Shown here: in pieces, positions 1 through 10,762 of the stretch
How the letters are laid out: each line of letters opens with the position of its first letter
Numbering within the stretch: the first letter of the stretch is position 1
Origin: an uncultured Myxococcales bacterium
Lineage (GTDB): Bacteria; Myxococcota_A; Polyangia; Fen-1088
Direction: 5' to 3'
DNA: 62,029 bases
Assembly: GCA_964491125.1 (NCBI GenBank)
Contig: CAZBFJ010000002.1
Location: forward strand, 1 to 62,029
Program-made: the position numbers and the translations under genes
The notes under the pieces: generated by a model
Databases searched by the model: none
Told to the model about the DNA's origin: nothing
The model's input: the letters and a program-made list of their open reading frames with translations, nothing else

Positions 1-57
1 ACGCCTCTTGTTGCAGCCAGGAGGTGAGACCATGACCCAGCACTTGTTCGTCGGTCG

Positions 58-1419
58 ATGTCTGCAAAGCGCGGTCTGGCGTTGTCGGGCGGAGCCCGCC
101 AACGCCTACGCGGTGTGATGGGAACCCCTCGGGACAGGGCAGAGAGGGCAGGTTATGATGCCGCCGCCATGAGCGAACCGCGGCGGCCCACCGAGCACTT
201 GCACTTCCTCCGCCAGCTCCGGCTGTTTCTCGAGGAGCTGTGCTGCGAGATCGCGCGCTTCGAGGTGGTGGGCCACCACGACCTCGGGGCCGAGGAGGTC
301 ACCGTCGCCCGCGAGGTGGATCTCGGCGTGCCGGGGGCCTTCGCGGACGTGGTGGTGCGGGCTCCCGGTCGCGCGCCTTTCTTCGTCGAGGTGAAATACG
401 GGTACGCGACCGATCGCATGGTCGAGCACTTCGTACGCAAGTACCAGGAGCCTTCGCCGGCGGTCCCGGGCGCCGACCGCGTCATCGTGGTGGTGGATCG
501 GGAGGGCCGTGCCGACTGGCGACAGCTCGAAACGCGGCTGCGCAAGGTGACGCATCGGGGGCTCGGGCTCGAGCTGTGGGACGAGGCCCGCCTGCGCGAG
601 CTGATCTTCGCCTGCTTCGGGGTGAGCCTGGGGCCGATGACGAGCGAGGGTCTCTCCGAGCTGCGCCAGGCCATCGACGACATCAAGTGGCGATGGGCCT
701 TCGGCGAGCGTCACGTCGAGAACCCCCTCAAGACCTCGCTGCTCTGGCACTTCGGATACTCGCGCCTCCTCCAGCTCCACAAGCTTCACAAGCTCGCGCC
801 GGAGGAGATCCTGCCGCCGCGGCGCCTCCGCAACGCCGTGGTCCTGCTCGCCGATCTCTCGTCGTTCTCGAGCTTCGTGCGCGACACGCGCGACGACGAG
901 GTCATGCGCAACGCCCTCACCACCTTCTACTCGAACTCCCGCTACGCGGTCATCAACACCGGCGGGATGATGTCGCAGTTCGTGGGCGACGAAGTGCTGG
1001 CCCTGTTCGGCGTCCCCGACGTACAAGACGGCTACGCCAAGCGCGCCCTCGACTGCGCGCGCGCTCTCCTGCATATCGGCAGCTCGGTCTCCAATCGCTG
1101 GCAGCGCGAGATCGACCGCGTGCAACCGTCGGGCGGCGTGCACATCGGCATGGCGATGGGTGACATCCAGTCCGTGCTGTTCCGGCCCTTCTCGCGCAGT
1201 CACGTCGGCATCGTCGGCGACGCGGTCAATCTGGCGGCCCGTTTGCTCGCGCAAGCCGCGACCAACGAGATCGTCGTCTCGAACGCCTACTTCCAGACGC
1301 TGCCCGATCGCGAGCAGGCCTCGTTCCAGGAGATGGAGCCGCTCGAGGCCAAGAACGTCGGCCTCATCAAGTGCTGGAAGCTCGAGCAGCAGTCGAGCTA
1401 CTCGACGAGGGGCGCCTGA
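58..1419 (+). CDS. Class III adenylate/guanylate cyclase with N-terminal PD-(D/E)xK nuclease-like domain
   Basis: 453-codon ORF. The C-terminal half has class III cyclase motifs: VLLADLSSFS, GDEVLALFG and GDAVNLAARL. The N-terminal ~190 aa shows a D...ExK pattern (FADVVVRAPGRAPFFVEVKYG). The start is uncertain (ATG 58, 118 or 169). Confidence 0.8.
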   Translation: MSAKRGLALSGGARQRLRGVMGTPRDRAERAGYDAAAMSEPRRPTEHLHFLRQLRLFLEELCCEIARFEVVGHHDLGAEEVTVAREVDLGVPGAFADVVVRAPGRAPFFVEVKYGYATDRMVEHFVRKYQEPSPAVPGADRVIVVVDREGRADWRQLETRLRKVTHRGLGLELWDEARLRELIFACFGVSLGPMTSEGLSELRQAIDDIKWRWAFGERHVENPLKTSLLWHFGYSRLLQLHKLHKLAPEEILPPRRLRNAVVLLADLSSFSSFVRDTRDDEVMRNALTTFYSNSRYAVINTGGMMSQFVGDEVLALFGVPDVQDGYAKRALDCARALLHIGSSVSNRWQREIDRVQPSGGVHIGMAMGDIQSVLFRPFSRSHVGIVGDAVNLAARLLAQAATNEIVVSNAYFQTLPDREQASFQEMEPLEAKNVGLIKCWKLEQQSSYSTRGA

Positions 1420-1427
1420 GGGGCGGG

Positions 1428-1949
1428 TCAGCGCTCCTTGGCGATCACACCGCAGGCGATGCGGTCGCCGGCGTTCCCGGCCGGGTCGGTCTTCATGTCG
1501 TCGGGCTTCTCATGGACGATGAGAGAGGTGCCGCCGTCGGCGTAGAGTGAGTGGGGGTCCGAGCCGAGCGTGACCTCTTTGTTCATGATGCTGGCCTTGG
1601 CCACGCCCTTGGCGTCGGCAGTGAAGTTGAGCATGTCGCCCGCATGCGCTCCGGCCGGGTTCTCGAGGCCGTGCTGGCGCCCGTGGGGGTTGAAATGCGG
1701 GCCCGCCGACTTGAAGTCCGGTCCCTCGCACTTGGGGTGTTGGTGGAAGTGAATCGCGTGCTCGCCGGGGGTGAGCCCCTTGAGGTCGAGCTTCAAGGTG
1801 ACGCCCACCCGCGCGGGCTTGATGCTCACCGTGCCGACCTCGGCTCCCTTGGCGTCTCTCAGCGTGACCTTGACCCCCTTGCTCTTGGCGTGAACGGAGG
1901 GCGGCAGCAGCGCCGCCAGAAAGAACGACAACACCATGACCTTGCGCAT
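1428..1949 (-). CDS. sodC: Periplasmic Cu/Zn superoxide dismutase
   Basis: Signal peptide ([21 protein letters not shown]). Cu/Zn-SOD His ligand pattern [20 protein letters not shown], plus the C-terminal GDRIACGVI. Confidence 0.95.
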   Translation of the reverse strand: MRKVMVLSFFLAALLPPSVHAKSKGVKVTLRDAKGAEVGTVSIKPARVGVTLKLDLKGLTPGEHAIHFHQHPKCEGPDFKSAGPHFNPHGRQHGLENPAGAHAGDMLNFTADAKGVAKASIMNKEVTLGSDPHSLYADGGTSLIVHEKPDDMKTDPAGNAGDRIACGVIAKER

Positions 1950-1996
1950 GGGTCACAGCATAGCGCTCGCGGCCGCCGGTGCCAGCCGCGCCGGCC

Positions 1997-4390
<2,394 letters not shown>

Positions 4391-4567
4391 GGGCCGAGAG
4401 TAACAGCCGAGTGCCGGCCTGTCAGCAATGTGGCGCCCGCCGGGCCGGTGTTGAAAGACCGACAGCAGACCTGTTGAGCTCCTGACACCTACCAGCCCGC
4501 ACCTCTGCCGTGCCGAGTATTTTCCAGCACTTACAGTCTCGCGCGGCCTGGATCGCCCATTGCTGCA

Positions 4568-5314
4568 ATGCCCTCTGCAATGGAAAGTCTCGCCACCACC
4601 AGCCGCCAGACCAGCCGAGCTTACACGCCAAGCCGCCCCGCGCCGACCCTGGCTCTGCCCAAGGTGCTGCTCTGCGACCTCGACGGCACGCTCATCGATA
4701 CCATGCCGGTCCTCGCGGACCTGGCCACCGAGGTGATGGCTGGGGTGTACGACCTGCCGAAGACGTTCGGGCGCGAGCTCTACCTCGCCACGTGCGGCCT
4801 GCCCTTCATCCAGCAGCTTGGCGAGATCTTTCCGGGCGACGCGCGCAACCCGACGGCGTCCGACCTCTTCGAGGCCGCCAAGCCTGCGCGCTGCAACGCC
4901 GCCCGTATGCCGGCCGACACCCGCATCGCCCTCGCGGAGCTGCAGCGCCGGGGTGTGCGCATCGCGGTCTCGTCGAACAACGGCCGCACCAACGTCGAGA
5001 CCTTCGCCGCGGGCTCGGGTTTCCCGTTCGACCTGGTCATGGGCTACGGGGACGGGCTCGCCAAGGGCCGCCCGCACGTCGAGCTGGTCGAGCGGACGTT
5101 CGGCCTCGGGCGCGCCGAGATGCTCTTCATCGGCGACTCGCTCCACGACGGTGAGATCGCGGCCGCGGAAGGCCTGTCGTTCGTCGGAGTCGCCGGGACC
5201 TTCTCGAAGGAGAGCTTCCTCTTGCGCTTCCCCGGTCAGCCGGTGGTGCACCGGTTCGCCGAGCTGCTCGATCTCTTCGACGGGACCCCGGCGGTGGCCG
5301 CCGCGAGCTCCTGA
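4568..5314 (+). CDS. HAD-superfamily hydrolase (phosphoglycolate phosphatase-like)
   Basis: HAD motif I is LLCDLDGTLIDT, motif II is AVSSNN, and motifs III/IV are K...FIGDSLHDGE. The start may be internal (the N-terminal 30 aa are not typical). Confidence 0.8.
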   Translation: MPSAMESLATTSRQTSRAYTPSRPAPTLALPKVLLCDLDGTLIDTMPVLADLATEVMAGVYDLPKTFGRELYLATCGLPFIQQLGEIFPGDARNPTASDLFEAAKPARCNAARMPADTRIALAELQRRGVRIAVSSNNGRTNVETFAAGSGFPFDLVMGYGDGLAKGRPHVELVERTFGLGRAEMLFIGDSLHDGEIAAAEGLSFVGVAGTFSKESFLLRFPGQPVVHRFAELLDLFDGTPAVAAASS

Positions 5315-5315
5315 G

Positions 5316-6119
5316 ATGGCCGTTCCCGACGGCCCTCCGGCCGCGCCGGCCCGTGGCGACGCGGGGCCAGGAACGGCGGCGTCCGACCTGCAAGTCGTGC
5401 TCCTCGCCGCTGGCCTTGGCAGCCGGCTCGGGTCGCTCACGCGCGAGCTGCCGAAGGCGCTCATCGAGGTGGGCGGCCAGCCGCTCCTGGCGCACGCGCT
5501 CTCCTTCGCGCGCCGGCTCGAGCCGGCGCGCATCGTCGTCGTGGGTGGGTTCTGCTTCCCGCAGGTCGAGCGGGCGCTGGCGGGCTTCGCGGTGGGATTG
5601 CCCGTCGAGCTGGTCGAGAACGGCAGCTTCCGCGACGGCAATCTCGTCTCGCTGCTCTGCGCGAGGCCGCGCCTCGGCGCGGGCTTCCTGGTCATGAACG
5701 TCGACCACATCTATCGGCCGAGCATTGCGCGCGTGGTGGCCCCCTCGGTCGAGCGGGTTACCGCCTTCATCGACACCGATCGGCGGCTCGGTGACGACGA
5801 CATGAAGGTCGAGCGCGCGCCGGACGGCCGCGTGGTCGCCATCGGCAAGACGCTGACCCGCTTCGACTGCGGCTACGTGGGAATGACGCGCGTGCCGACG
5901 CTCCTTCTCGACCGCTACTGGCGCGAGGCCGAGCGAGCGCTCGACGAGGAAGGCCGTGCCATCCACGTCGAGAGGATCCTTGCCCGCCTGGCGCGGACGG
6001 CCGACGCCCCCGCGTGCCGCGATGTGAGCGGACACGGCTGGCTCGAGGTCGACACCCCCGCCGAGCGCGCCACCGCCGAGGCCGCGCTCGCGAGCGAGGG
6101 ATGGCGCGCGGGCCGGTAG
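5316..6119 (+). CDS. Sugar/phospho-alcohol nucleotidyltransferase (NTP_transferase family)
   Basis: N-terminal LLAAGLGSRLG..LPKALIEVGG signature of nucleotidyltransferases. ATG 5316 lies 1 nt after the HAD stop, and the longer ORF 4818.. overlaps the HAD gene. Confidence 0.8.
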   Translation: MAVPDGPPAAPARGDAGPGTAASDLQVVLLAAGLGSRLGSLTRELPKALIEVGGQPLLAHALSFARRLEPARIVVVGGFCFPQVERALAGFAVGLPVELVENGSFRDGNLVSLLCARPRLGAGFLVMNVDHIYRPSIARVVAPSVERVTAFIDTDRRLGDDDMKVERAPDGRVVAIGKTLTRFDCGYVGMTRVPTLLLDRYWREAERALDEEGRAIHVERILARLARTADAPACRDVSGHGWLEVDTPAERATAEAALASEGWRAGR

Positions 6120-6650
6120 CCGAGGTCCGCAGCGAGGGAACGCAGCTCGACAGTCGAGAGGGCCCCGCCGGGCTCGACGCGGTCGGGTTACCTGCCCCGG
6201 ACCTGGTTGCCAGCGCGTAACTGCGCGGGCCGTCGACGGGTCGGGGCACCGCGCGGAACGGGACGGAATACCCGCGGTCTTGCGCGTTCGCGGCCTCTGC
6301 GCGGGGGACGACGGCTCGGCACCGTTCGTGAATAGGAGTGGCTCGGTCAGCCTAGCCTAGGGGGGATGCAGCGGGTATCCAGAAGCTTTTCTTAGCGTAT
6401 CGAGGAAACCTCACGAGCCGAAAGGGCCGCGGCGAAGCGCCGAACAGGGGAGGCATCGAGCCAGCGGCGAGGTGTCGGACGATTCAGCCGACCCGCCCCG
6501 AGGAGATCGAGAGGACGTCCGCGATGCGCTCGGGCCGGTGCGACGAGGCGCCACGGTGGCGCTTCGTCACTCCGGTCTTTCTTTTGTCCGGCGGCCGCGT
6601 GGCCCATCCCTTGAATAGGCCGGGACGCAAACCGCCCGAGAGGAACGAAC

Positions 6651-6857
6651 ATGACCCACGAGACCGACGCCTACGACGACAGCGCGCTCACCACCATGGA
6701 GCACAAGCTCCGTGAATCGCTTGCTCGCGCGCAGGCCAGCGCCGAGGGCCGCCTGCAGGGGCTTTCGACCCGGCTGCTCAAGCATCCACTGGCCTCCCTC
6801 GTGGTGGCATTCCTCGCCGGCCTTGGCGTGGCCCGGCTACTGCAGAAGCTCGAATAG
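6651..6857 (+). CDS. Small C-tail-anchored membrane protein, YqjD/ElaB (DUF883)-like
   Basis: 68 aa with a helical N-part and a single C-terminal TM (PLASLVVAFLAGLGVARLL). GAGAGGA lies upstream of the ATG. Confidence 0.6.
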   Translation: MTHETDAYDDSALTTMEHKLRESLARAQASAEGRLQGLSTRLLKHPLASLVVAFLAGLGVARLLQKLE

Positions 6858-6859
6858 CC

Positions 6860-7162
6860 ATGAAGACCAGAGGCGCCATGAGGAAGCATCCGGCCGAGAA
6901 GCTCGACCCGGCGCTCGGCCCGACGGACCCCCGCGGCCGTTTCGCCGAGATTCGCGCGCGCGTCGTCGCGCGCTTCAAGGAGAGCCCACTGCTGTATGCG
7001 GGCATCGCGGCCGGCGCCGGCTTCGTCCTGGGCGGGGGCCTCGCGACACCGACGGCTCTGCGGGTCTTCCGCAAGAGCGCGCTGCTCGCCCTGCAAGCGA
7101 CCGTGGTGCCGTTGCTGTTGTCTCGGCTGCAGGACGCGGTCTCGGCGAACGCGGAGGAGTAG
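6860..7162 (+). CDS. Hypothetical small membrane protein
   Basis: 100-codon ORF immediately after the previous gene, with a Gly/Ala-rich TM segment (LLYAGIAAGAGFVLGGGLA). Confidence 0.5.
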   Translation: MKTRGAMRKHPAEKLDPALGPTDPRGRFAEIRARVVARFKESPLLYAGIAAGAGFVLGGGLATPTALRVFRKSALLALQATVVPLLLSRLQDAVSANAEE

Positions 7163-7187
7163 GCCGTCGCGCCTTCGCGAGCGGGTC

Positions 7188-8399
7188 ATGGCGCAAGCAG
7201 GAACAGAGGCCACGAAGCCGCGCCGCCGGCGCCGACGGTGGCTCATCGCGAGCGCGGTGGTGGTGGGCTCCCTCGTGGTCCTGGCGGTGGTGGTTCGCCT
7301 GCTGCTCGATCCCATCGCGACCCGGCAGACCCGGCAGGCGCTCGACGAGCTCGAGGGGTTCACCGGGGACTTCGAGCGCGTCCACGTGACCATCCTCCCG
7401 CCGGGCTACGAGATCGAAAACCTCAAGCTGTTCGAAGGAGAGCGCGCCCCCAAGAACCCGGAGGGGGCACGCGGGCCGGCGCCGCTCGTGTTCGCGAAGC
7501 AAGCGCGGGTCGACCTCGACTGGCGCGCGCTGTTCCGGCTACGCCTCGCGGCGAGCTTGCGGGTGGTCGAACCGAAGCTGACCGTCGTCCAGCGCCCGAC
7601 GAAAGCGCCCGAGCCCCGGCCGGCGAAGCGGGTCCCTGATCTGTCGACGCAGCTCGAGAAGGTCTTGCCGGCGAAAGTGAACCGGGTGGAGGTTCTGGAC
7701 GGCGAGATCCTGTTCCGCCACGTGAGCGAAGGAGAAGATCCCAAGCTGTGGATTCACGAGCTCGCCGTGACCGCCGAGAACTTCGCCACGCGACGAGAGC
7801 TCATGCAGGGGCGCCCCGCGACCATCGCCGTGCGAGGCACGGTCGGCCGGAGCGGGGCGCTGATGGTGTTCGTCTCCGCCGATCCGCTGGCGAGCCCACT
7901 CGCGTTTTCGGGGGAGGCCAAGCTCGAGGGACTGCGCGCCTCCGAGCTCCATGCGTTCTTGGCGGACGCGGCGAAGCTCCAGGCCACCAAGGGAACGATC
8001 GATCTCTTCGCCAGCTTCACGTCGAAGGAAGGGCTCGTCACCGGCGGCGTGAAGCCGGTGCTCAAGAACCTCGAGATCCGCCCCGCGAGCGACGGAGTCT
8101 TCACCGCCGTCAAGGCGTGGCTTGCGGACCAGACCGTCGAGCTCGCCTCCGATCGGGTGCCCGGACGCAATGCGGTCGCCACCACGATCCCCATCAAGGG
8201 CAAGCTGCTGGCTCCCGATGTGCAGCTCGTCCCCGCGATCCTCGGCGTCGTGCGGAACGCATTCGTCGAAGGGTTGGTCTCCGGGTTCGCCAACCTTCCT
8301 CCGGAGACCGCGCCGGAGAAGGAGGGGCTGTGGAAGCAAGCCGCGAACGCGCTGCAAGAGGAGGAGGGGCCGCCGCGCGCCCAGCCTCGCAAGGACTGA
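7188..8399 (+). CDS. N-terminally anchored membrane protein, DUF748/AsmA-like
   Basis: Basic N-terminus plus TM (RRRRRRWLIASAVVVGSLVVLAVVV) and a long beta-rich ectodomain. The family call is tentative. Confidence 0.55.
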   Translation: MAQAGTEATKPRRRRRRWLIASAVVVGSLVVLAVVVRLLLDPIATRQTRQALDELEGFTGDFERVHVTILPPGYEIENLKLFEGERAPKNPEGARGPAPLVFAKQARVDLDWRALFRLRLAASLRVVEPKLTVVQRPTKAPEPRPAKRVPDLSTQLEKVLPAKVNRVEVLDGEILFRHVSEGEDPKLWIHELAVTAENFATRRELMQGRPATIAVRGTVGRSGALMVFVSADPLASPLAFSGEAKLEGLRASELHAFLADAAKLQATKGTIDLFASFTSKEGLVTGGVKPVLKNLEIRPASDGVFTAVKAWLADQTVELASDRVPGRNAVATTIPIKGKLLAPDVQLVPAILGVVRNAFVEGLVSGFANLPPETAPEKEGLWKQAANALQEEEGPPRAQPRKD

Positions 8400-8403
8400 C
8401 GCC

Positions 8404-8937
8404 ATGAAGCAGCCTGGAACCTTCGCGCTCGTGACCTCGGCCATCGTCTTGGCTCTGCTGCAGGCGTGCGGCCATGCGCGTACCGCCACCGACGACGGGC
8501 CGCCGCGCCCCGAGGGGCACGCCGGCGACGAGCGTCGGGCCGAGGGCTCGCGCGGTGACGAGCCCCCGCGCGACGACCCGGACGACCAGGGCCAGGAAGC
8601 CACGACGAAGGCGAAGGCGAGCGAGCCGAGGCGCGACGGCCGAGGCAGAGCCGCGCAGACCCGTGAGCGGGAGCGCGGCGACGGCCCGGCGTTGCCGATG
8701 CGCCCCGCCGGGCTGCTGCGCGACGGGGCCGCGGCGAAGATCCGGGACCGTTTGGCCGAGCGCGGCTACCTGCGGGACAGGGGCCGGTCGGACCGGCTCG
8801 ACGCGGAGACGCAGAAGGCCCTGGCCGACTTCCAGCGCGCCAGCGGCATGCCGCCGACCGGTCTGCCCGACGATCGCACCATCGAGGGGCTTGGTCTGCA
8901 GCCCGGCGCCATCTTCGAGTCGACGGAGAAGCCATGA
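8404..8937 (+). CDS. Lipoprotein with C-terminal peptidoglycan-binding domain
   Basis: Lipobox LALLQAC. The C-terminus (AAKIRDRLAERGYL..DAETQKALADFQRASGMPPTGLPDDRT) matches the PG_binding_1 pattern. Confidence 0.75.
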   Translation: MKQPGTFALVTSAIVLALLQACGHARTATDDGPPRPEGHAGDERRAEGSRGDEPPRDDPDDQGQEATTKAKASEPRRDGRGRAAQTRERERGDGPALPMRPAGLLRDGAAAKIRDRLAERGYLRDRGRSDRLDAETQKALADFQRASGMPPTGLPDDRTIEGLGLQPGAIFESTEKP

Positions 8938-9003
8938 GCTGAAGTCCGTTACGCACAGCGGCTGGTACGGAGTTTGATTGCACAACAAGAGCAGGAGGTC
9001 ACC

Positions 9004-9531
9004 TTGGACAAGGCAAGAGACAATCGGAACCCCGTGTGCCTGCCGGCGCCGTCGCAAGCCGCCAAGAGAGTGCCACGCGCACCCGAGGCAATCGGGCCGC
9101 CCTCGCTGGCTCAGGGCGCGAACGCGTCGGCGCTGGCTGCAGCGCTGCCGCCGAGCGCCCAGGACCTCTCGACCGTCGAGCTGGTCAAGAGCATCACGTC
9201 GGAGATGGGGCACCTCGTGCGCAAGCAGGTGGAGCTCGCGAAGACCGAGGTCAAGGCCGACCTCAAGGCCGAGGCGAAGGTGCTGGGCGGCCTCGGCATC
9301 GCGGCGCTCGCCGCTTTGGTGACCTTGAACCTCGTGTTCGTCACGGCCGTGCTGGCGCTCGGACAAGCGATGCCGGGCTGGGCCGCGGCGCTCGTGGTGG
9401 CGGCGGTCACCGCGCTCGCGAGCGCGGTGGTGGCTTCCGTCGCCTGGCGTAAGCGTGTCCGTTCGCCGCTGGCCAGGACCGGGCGAACGCTGCGGGAAGA
9501 CTTCCAGTGGACAAAGGAACGATTGGCGTGA
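9004..9531 (+). CDS. Phage-holin-family / YqjE-like membrane protein
   Basis: The motif VELVKSITSEMGHLVRKQVELAKTEVK is followed by two TM helices. AGGAGG lies 5 nt upstream of an in-frame TTG at 9004 (the track ORF starts at 8974). Confidence 0.7.
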   Translation: MDKARDNRNPVCLPAPSQAAKRVPRAPEAIGPPSLAQGANASALAAALPPSAQDLSTVELVKSITSEMGHLVRKQVELAKTEVKADLKAEAKVLGGLGIAALAALVTLNLVFVTAVLALGQAMPGWAAALVVAAVTALASAVVASVAWRKRVRSPLARTGRTLREDFQWTKERLA

Positions 9532-9959
9532 GCGAGCTCGACGCGAACGACCGGGCGGCGGTCATCGAGAAAGAGATCCAGGCGATCCGCGGAAACCTGG
9601 ACGGTCTGGTGAGGGAACTCGACCATCGCCGGCATCAGCTCCATCCCCTGCGAGCGTTTCGCAACCATCCGCTCGCGTTCGTCATCGCGGGCGTCGTGGT
9701 CGCGGCCGCGGTGACCGCCGGCGTTTCGATCGGGCGCGCCCGACGACGGGAGCAGAGCTCCTGGCGAGCACGGGGAAAGCGCCTGGGGTCGGCACTGGGC
9801 CGATGGGTCGAGAGACGGCCGGCGGAGGTGATTGTCCAGAAGCCGGGCCTTGGCACCAAGGTGCTCGGGGCGGCGGCCAGCGCGACCGCCGCCATGGTGG
9901 CTCGCCGCTTGGCCGCGAAGCTCCTCGAACCGCGCCAGGCTCGCGTTTCCGGGCAGTGA
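9528..9959 (+). CDS. DUF3618-like membrane protein
   Basis: The GTG start overlaps the upstream stop (GTGA). An N-terminal helical IEKEIQAIRGNLDGLVRELDHR segment is followed by a TM helix. Confidence 0.55.
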   Translation: MSELDANDRAAVIEKEIQAIRGNLDGLVRELDHRRHQLHPLRAFRNHPLAFVIAGVVVAAAVTAGVSIGRARRREQSSWRARGKRLGSALGRWVERRPAEVIVQKPGLGTKVLGAAASATAAMVARRLAAKLLEPRQARVSGQ

Positions 9960-10040
9960 CCTGCCGCCGCGCGGTTACCGCGGAGTAACCGCACGCGGCG
10001 ACGTGCCACCGCGGTGTCTCGTGCCCGGGCGCCCGGGCGC

Positions 10041-10056
10041 TGGCTCGCTTCTGGCA
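10041..10056 (+). promoter_or_regulatory. Candidate sigma54 (-24/-12) promoter
   Basis: TGGCTCGCTTCTGGCA has the GG and GC dinucleotides with canonical spacing. It lies 57 nt upstream of the glsB-like ATG. Confidence 0.4.
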
Positions 10057-10111
10057 AGAGACGCTCGCGCGGGACGACAGATCCCGCCTGGTCTACCGAA
10101 AAGGAGAACCC

Positions 10112-10372
10112 ATGCACATCCTGTGGACGCTGATTGTCGGCCTGGTCGTCGGAGCCCTGGCCAAGCTCATCATGCCGGGTCGCGACCCCGGCGGAATCAT
10201 CCTGACCATGGTGCTCGGCATCGTCGGGGCGTTCGTCGCGCGCTTGCTGGGCAATGCCGTCGGCCTCTATCGCGAAGACGCCACGGGACCTGGCCTGGTT
10301 GCCTCGGTGATCGGTGCGCTCATCGTGCTCGGGATCTACCGGCTGGCGGTCCGCCGCCGTCGGCTCACCTGA
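10112..10372 (+). CDS. GlsB/YeaQ/YmgE family stress-response membrane protein
   Basis: MHILWTLIVGLVVGALAKLIMPGRDPGGIILTMVLGIVGAFV is the typical transglycosylase-associated family sequence. GGAGAA RBS present. Confidence 0.9.
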   Translation: MHILWTLIVGLVVGALAKLIMPGRDPGGIILTMVLGIVGAFVARLLGNAVGLYREDATGPGLVASVIGALIVLGIYRLAVRRRRLT

Positions 10373-10383
10373 CCGAGGCGTTC

Positions 10384-10716
10384 ATGCCCAACTACACCAA
10401 CTCGCTGTGGACGCTGACGCCGGAGAGTCGCGTCTATCCCGCGTTCCAGGGGACTCTCTCGGTCGATGTCGCCGTCATCGGCGGCGGCATCACCGGCGTC
10501 ACGGCGGCCCGCTTGCTCAAGGACGCCGGGCTGCGGTGCCACGTGCGCTGGAACACGACGGAGAAGAGTTGGGACTGCCCGTGCCACGGCAGTCGCTTCG
10601 ATTCACGGGGGAGGGGGTTGAATGGCCCGGCGGTCGCACCGCTGGCGGTTCGCAACGACGTCCTGCTCGAGGAGGAGTCGGCCAAGCCGGTGCCTCGCCG
10701 CTCGCAATCGCGGTAG
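10384..10716 (+). pseudogene. Remnant of an FAD-dependent oxidoreductase / Rieske fusion gene with a large in-frame internal deletion
   Basis: The FAD dinucleotide fold start (DVAVIGGGITGVTAARLLKDAGL) is joined directly to the distal Rieske half-motif (RCHVRWNTTEKSWDCPCHGSRF). The whole catalytic domain and the first Cys-x-His box are absent. Confidence 0.65.
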
Positions 10717-10762
10717 TCAGTGAGACGTTGACGCGACCAGCGAGCGGGAGCATCAAAGGGGC

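Noticed and set aside
58-1419. The cyclase fusion, considered as a Pycsar/CBASS-type defence system.
   Set aside because: No effector gene (TM, TIR, nuclease or phospholipase) is adjacent. The neighbours are sodC and a kinase, and the left neighbour is outside the window. Only the unusual domain fusion is reported.
4818-5315. N-terminal 166-codon extension of the nucleotidyltransferase ORF.
   Set aside because: It overlaps the HAD hydrolase gene in another frame. The nucleotidyltransferase Gly-rich motif begins shortly after ATG 5316.
6600-6615. Sigma54-like sites with TTGA in place of TTGC: TGGCCCATCCCTTGAA at 6600, TGGTACGGAGTTTGAT at 8963 and CGGCACGCATCTTGAA at 19680.
   Set aside because: The near-invariant -12 GC dinucleotide is missing. 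They are mentioned as weak candidates only and are not listed as features.
9004-9531. The phage holin family protein, considered as a sign of a prophage lysis cassette.
   Set aside because: No endolysin, spanin, capsid, tail or terminase genes are nearby. The context matches the chromosomal YqjD/YqjE-type stress module.
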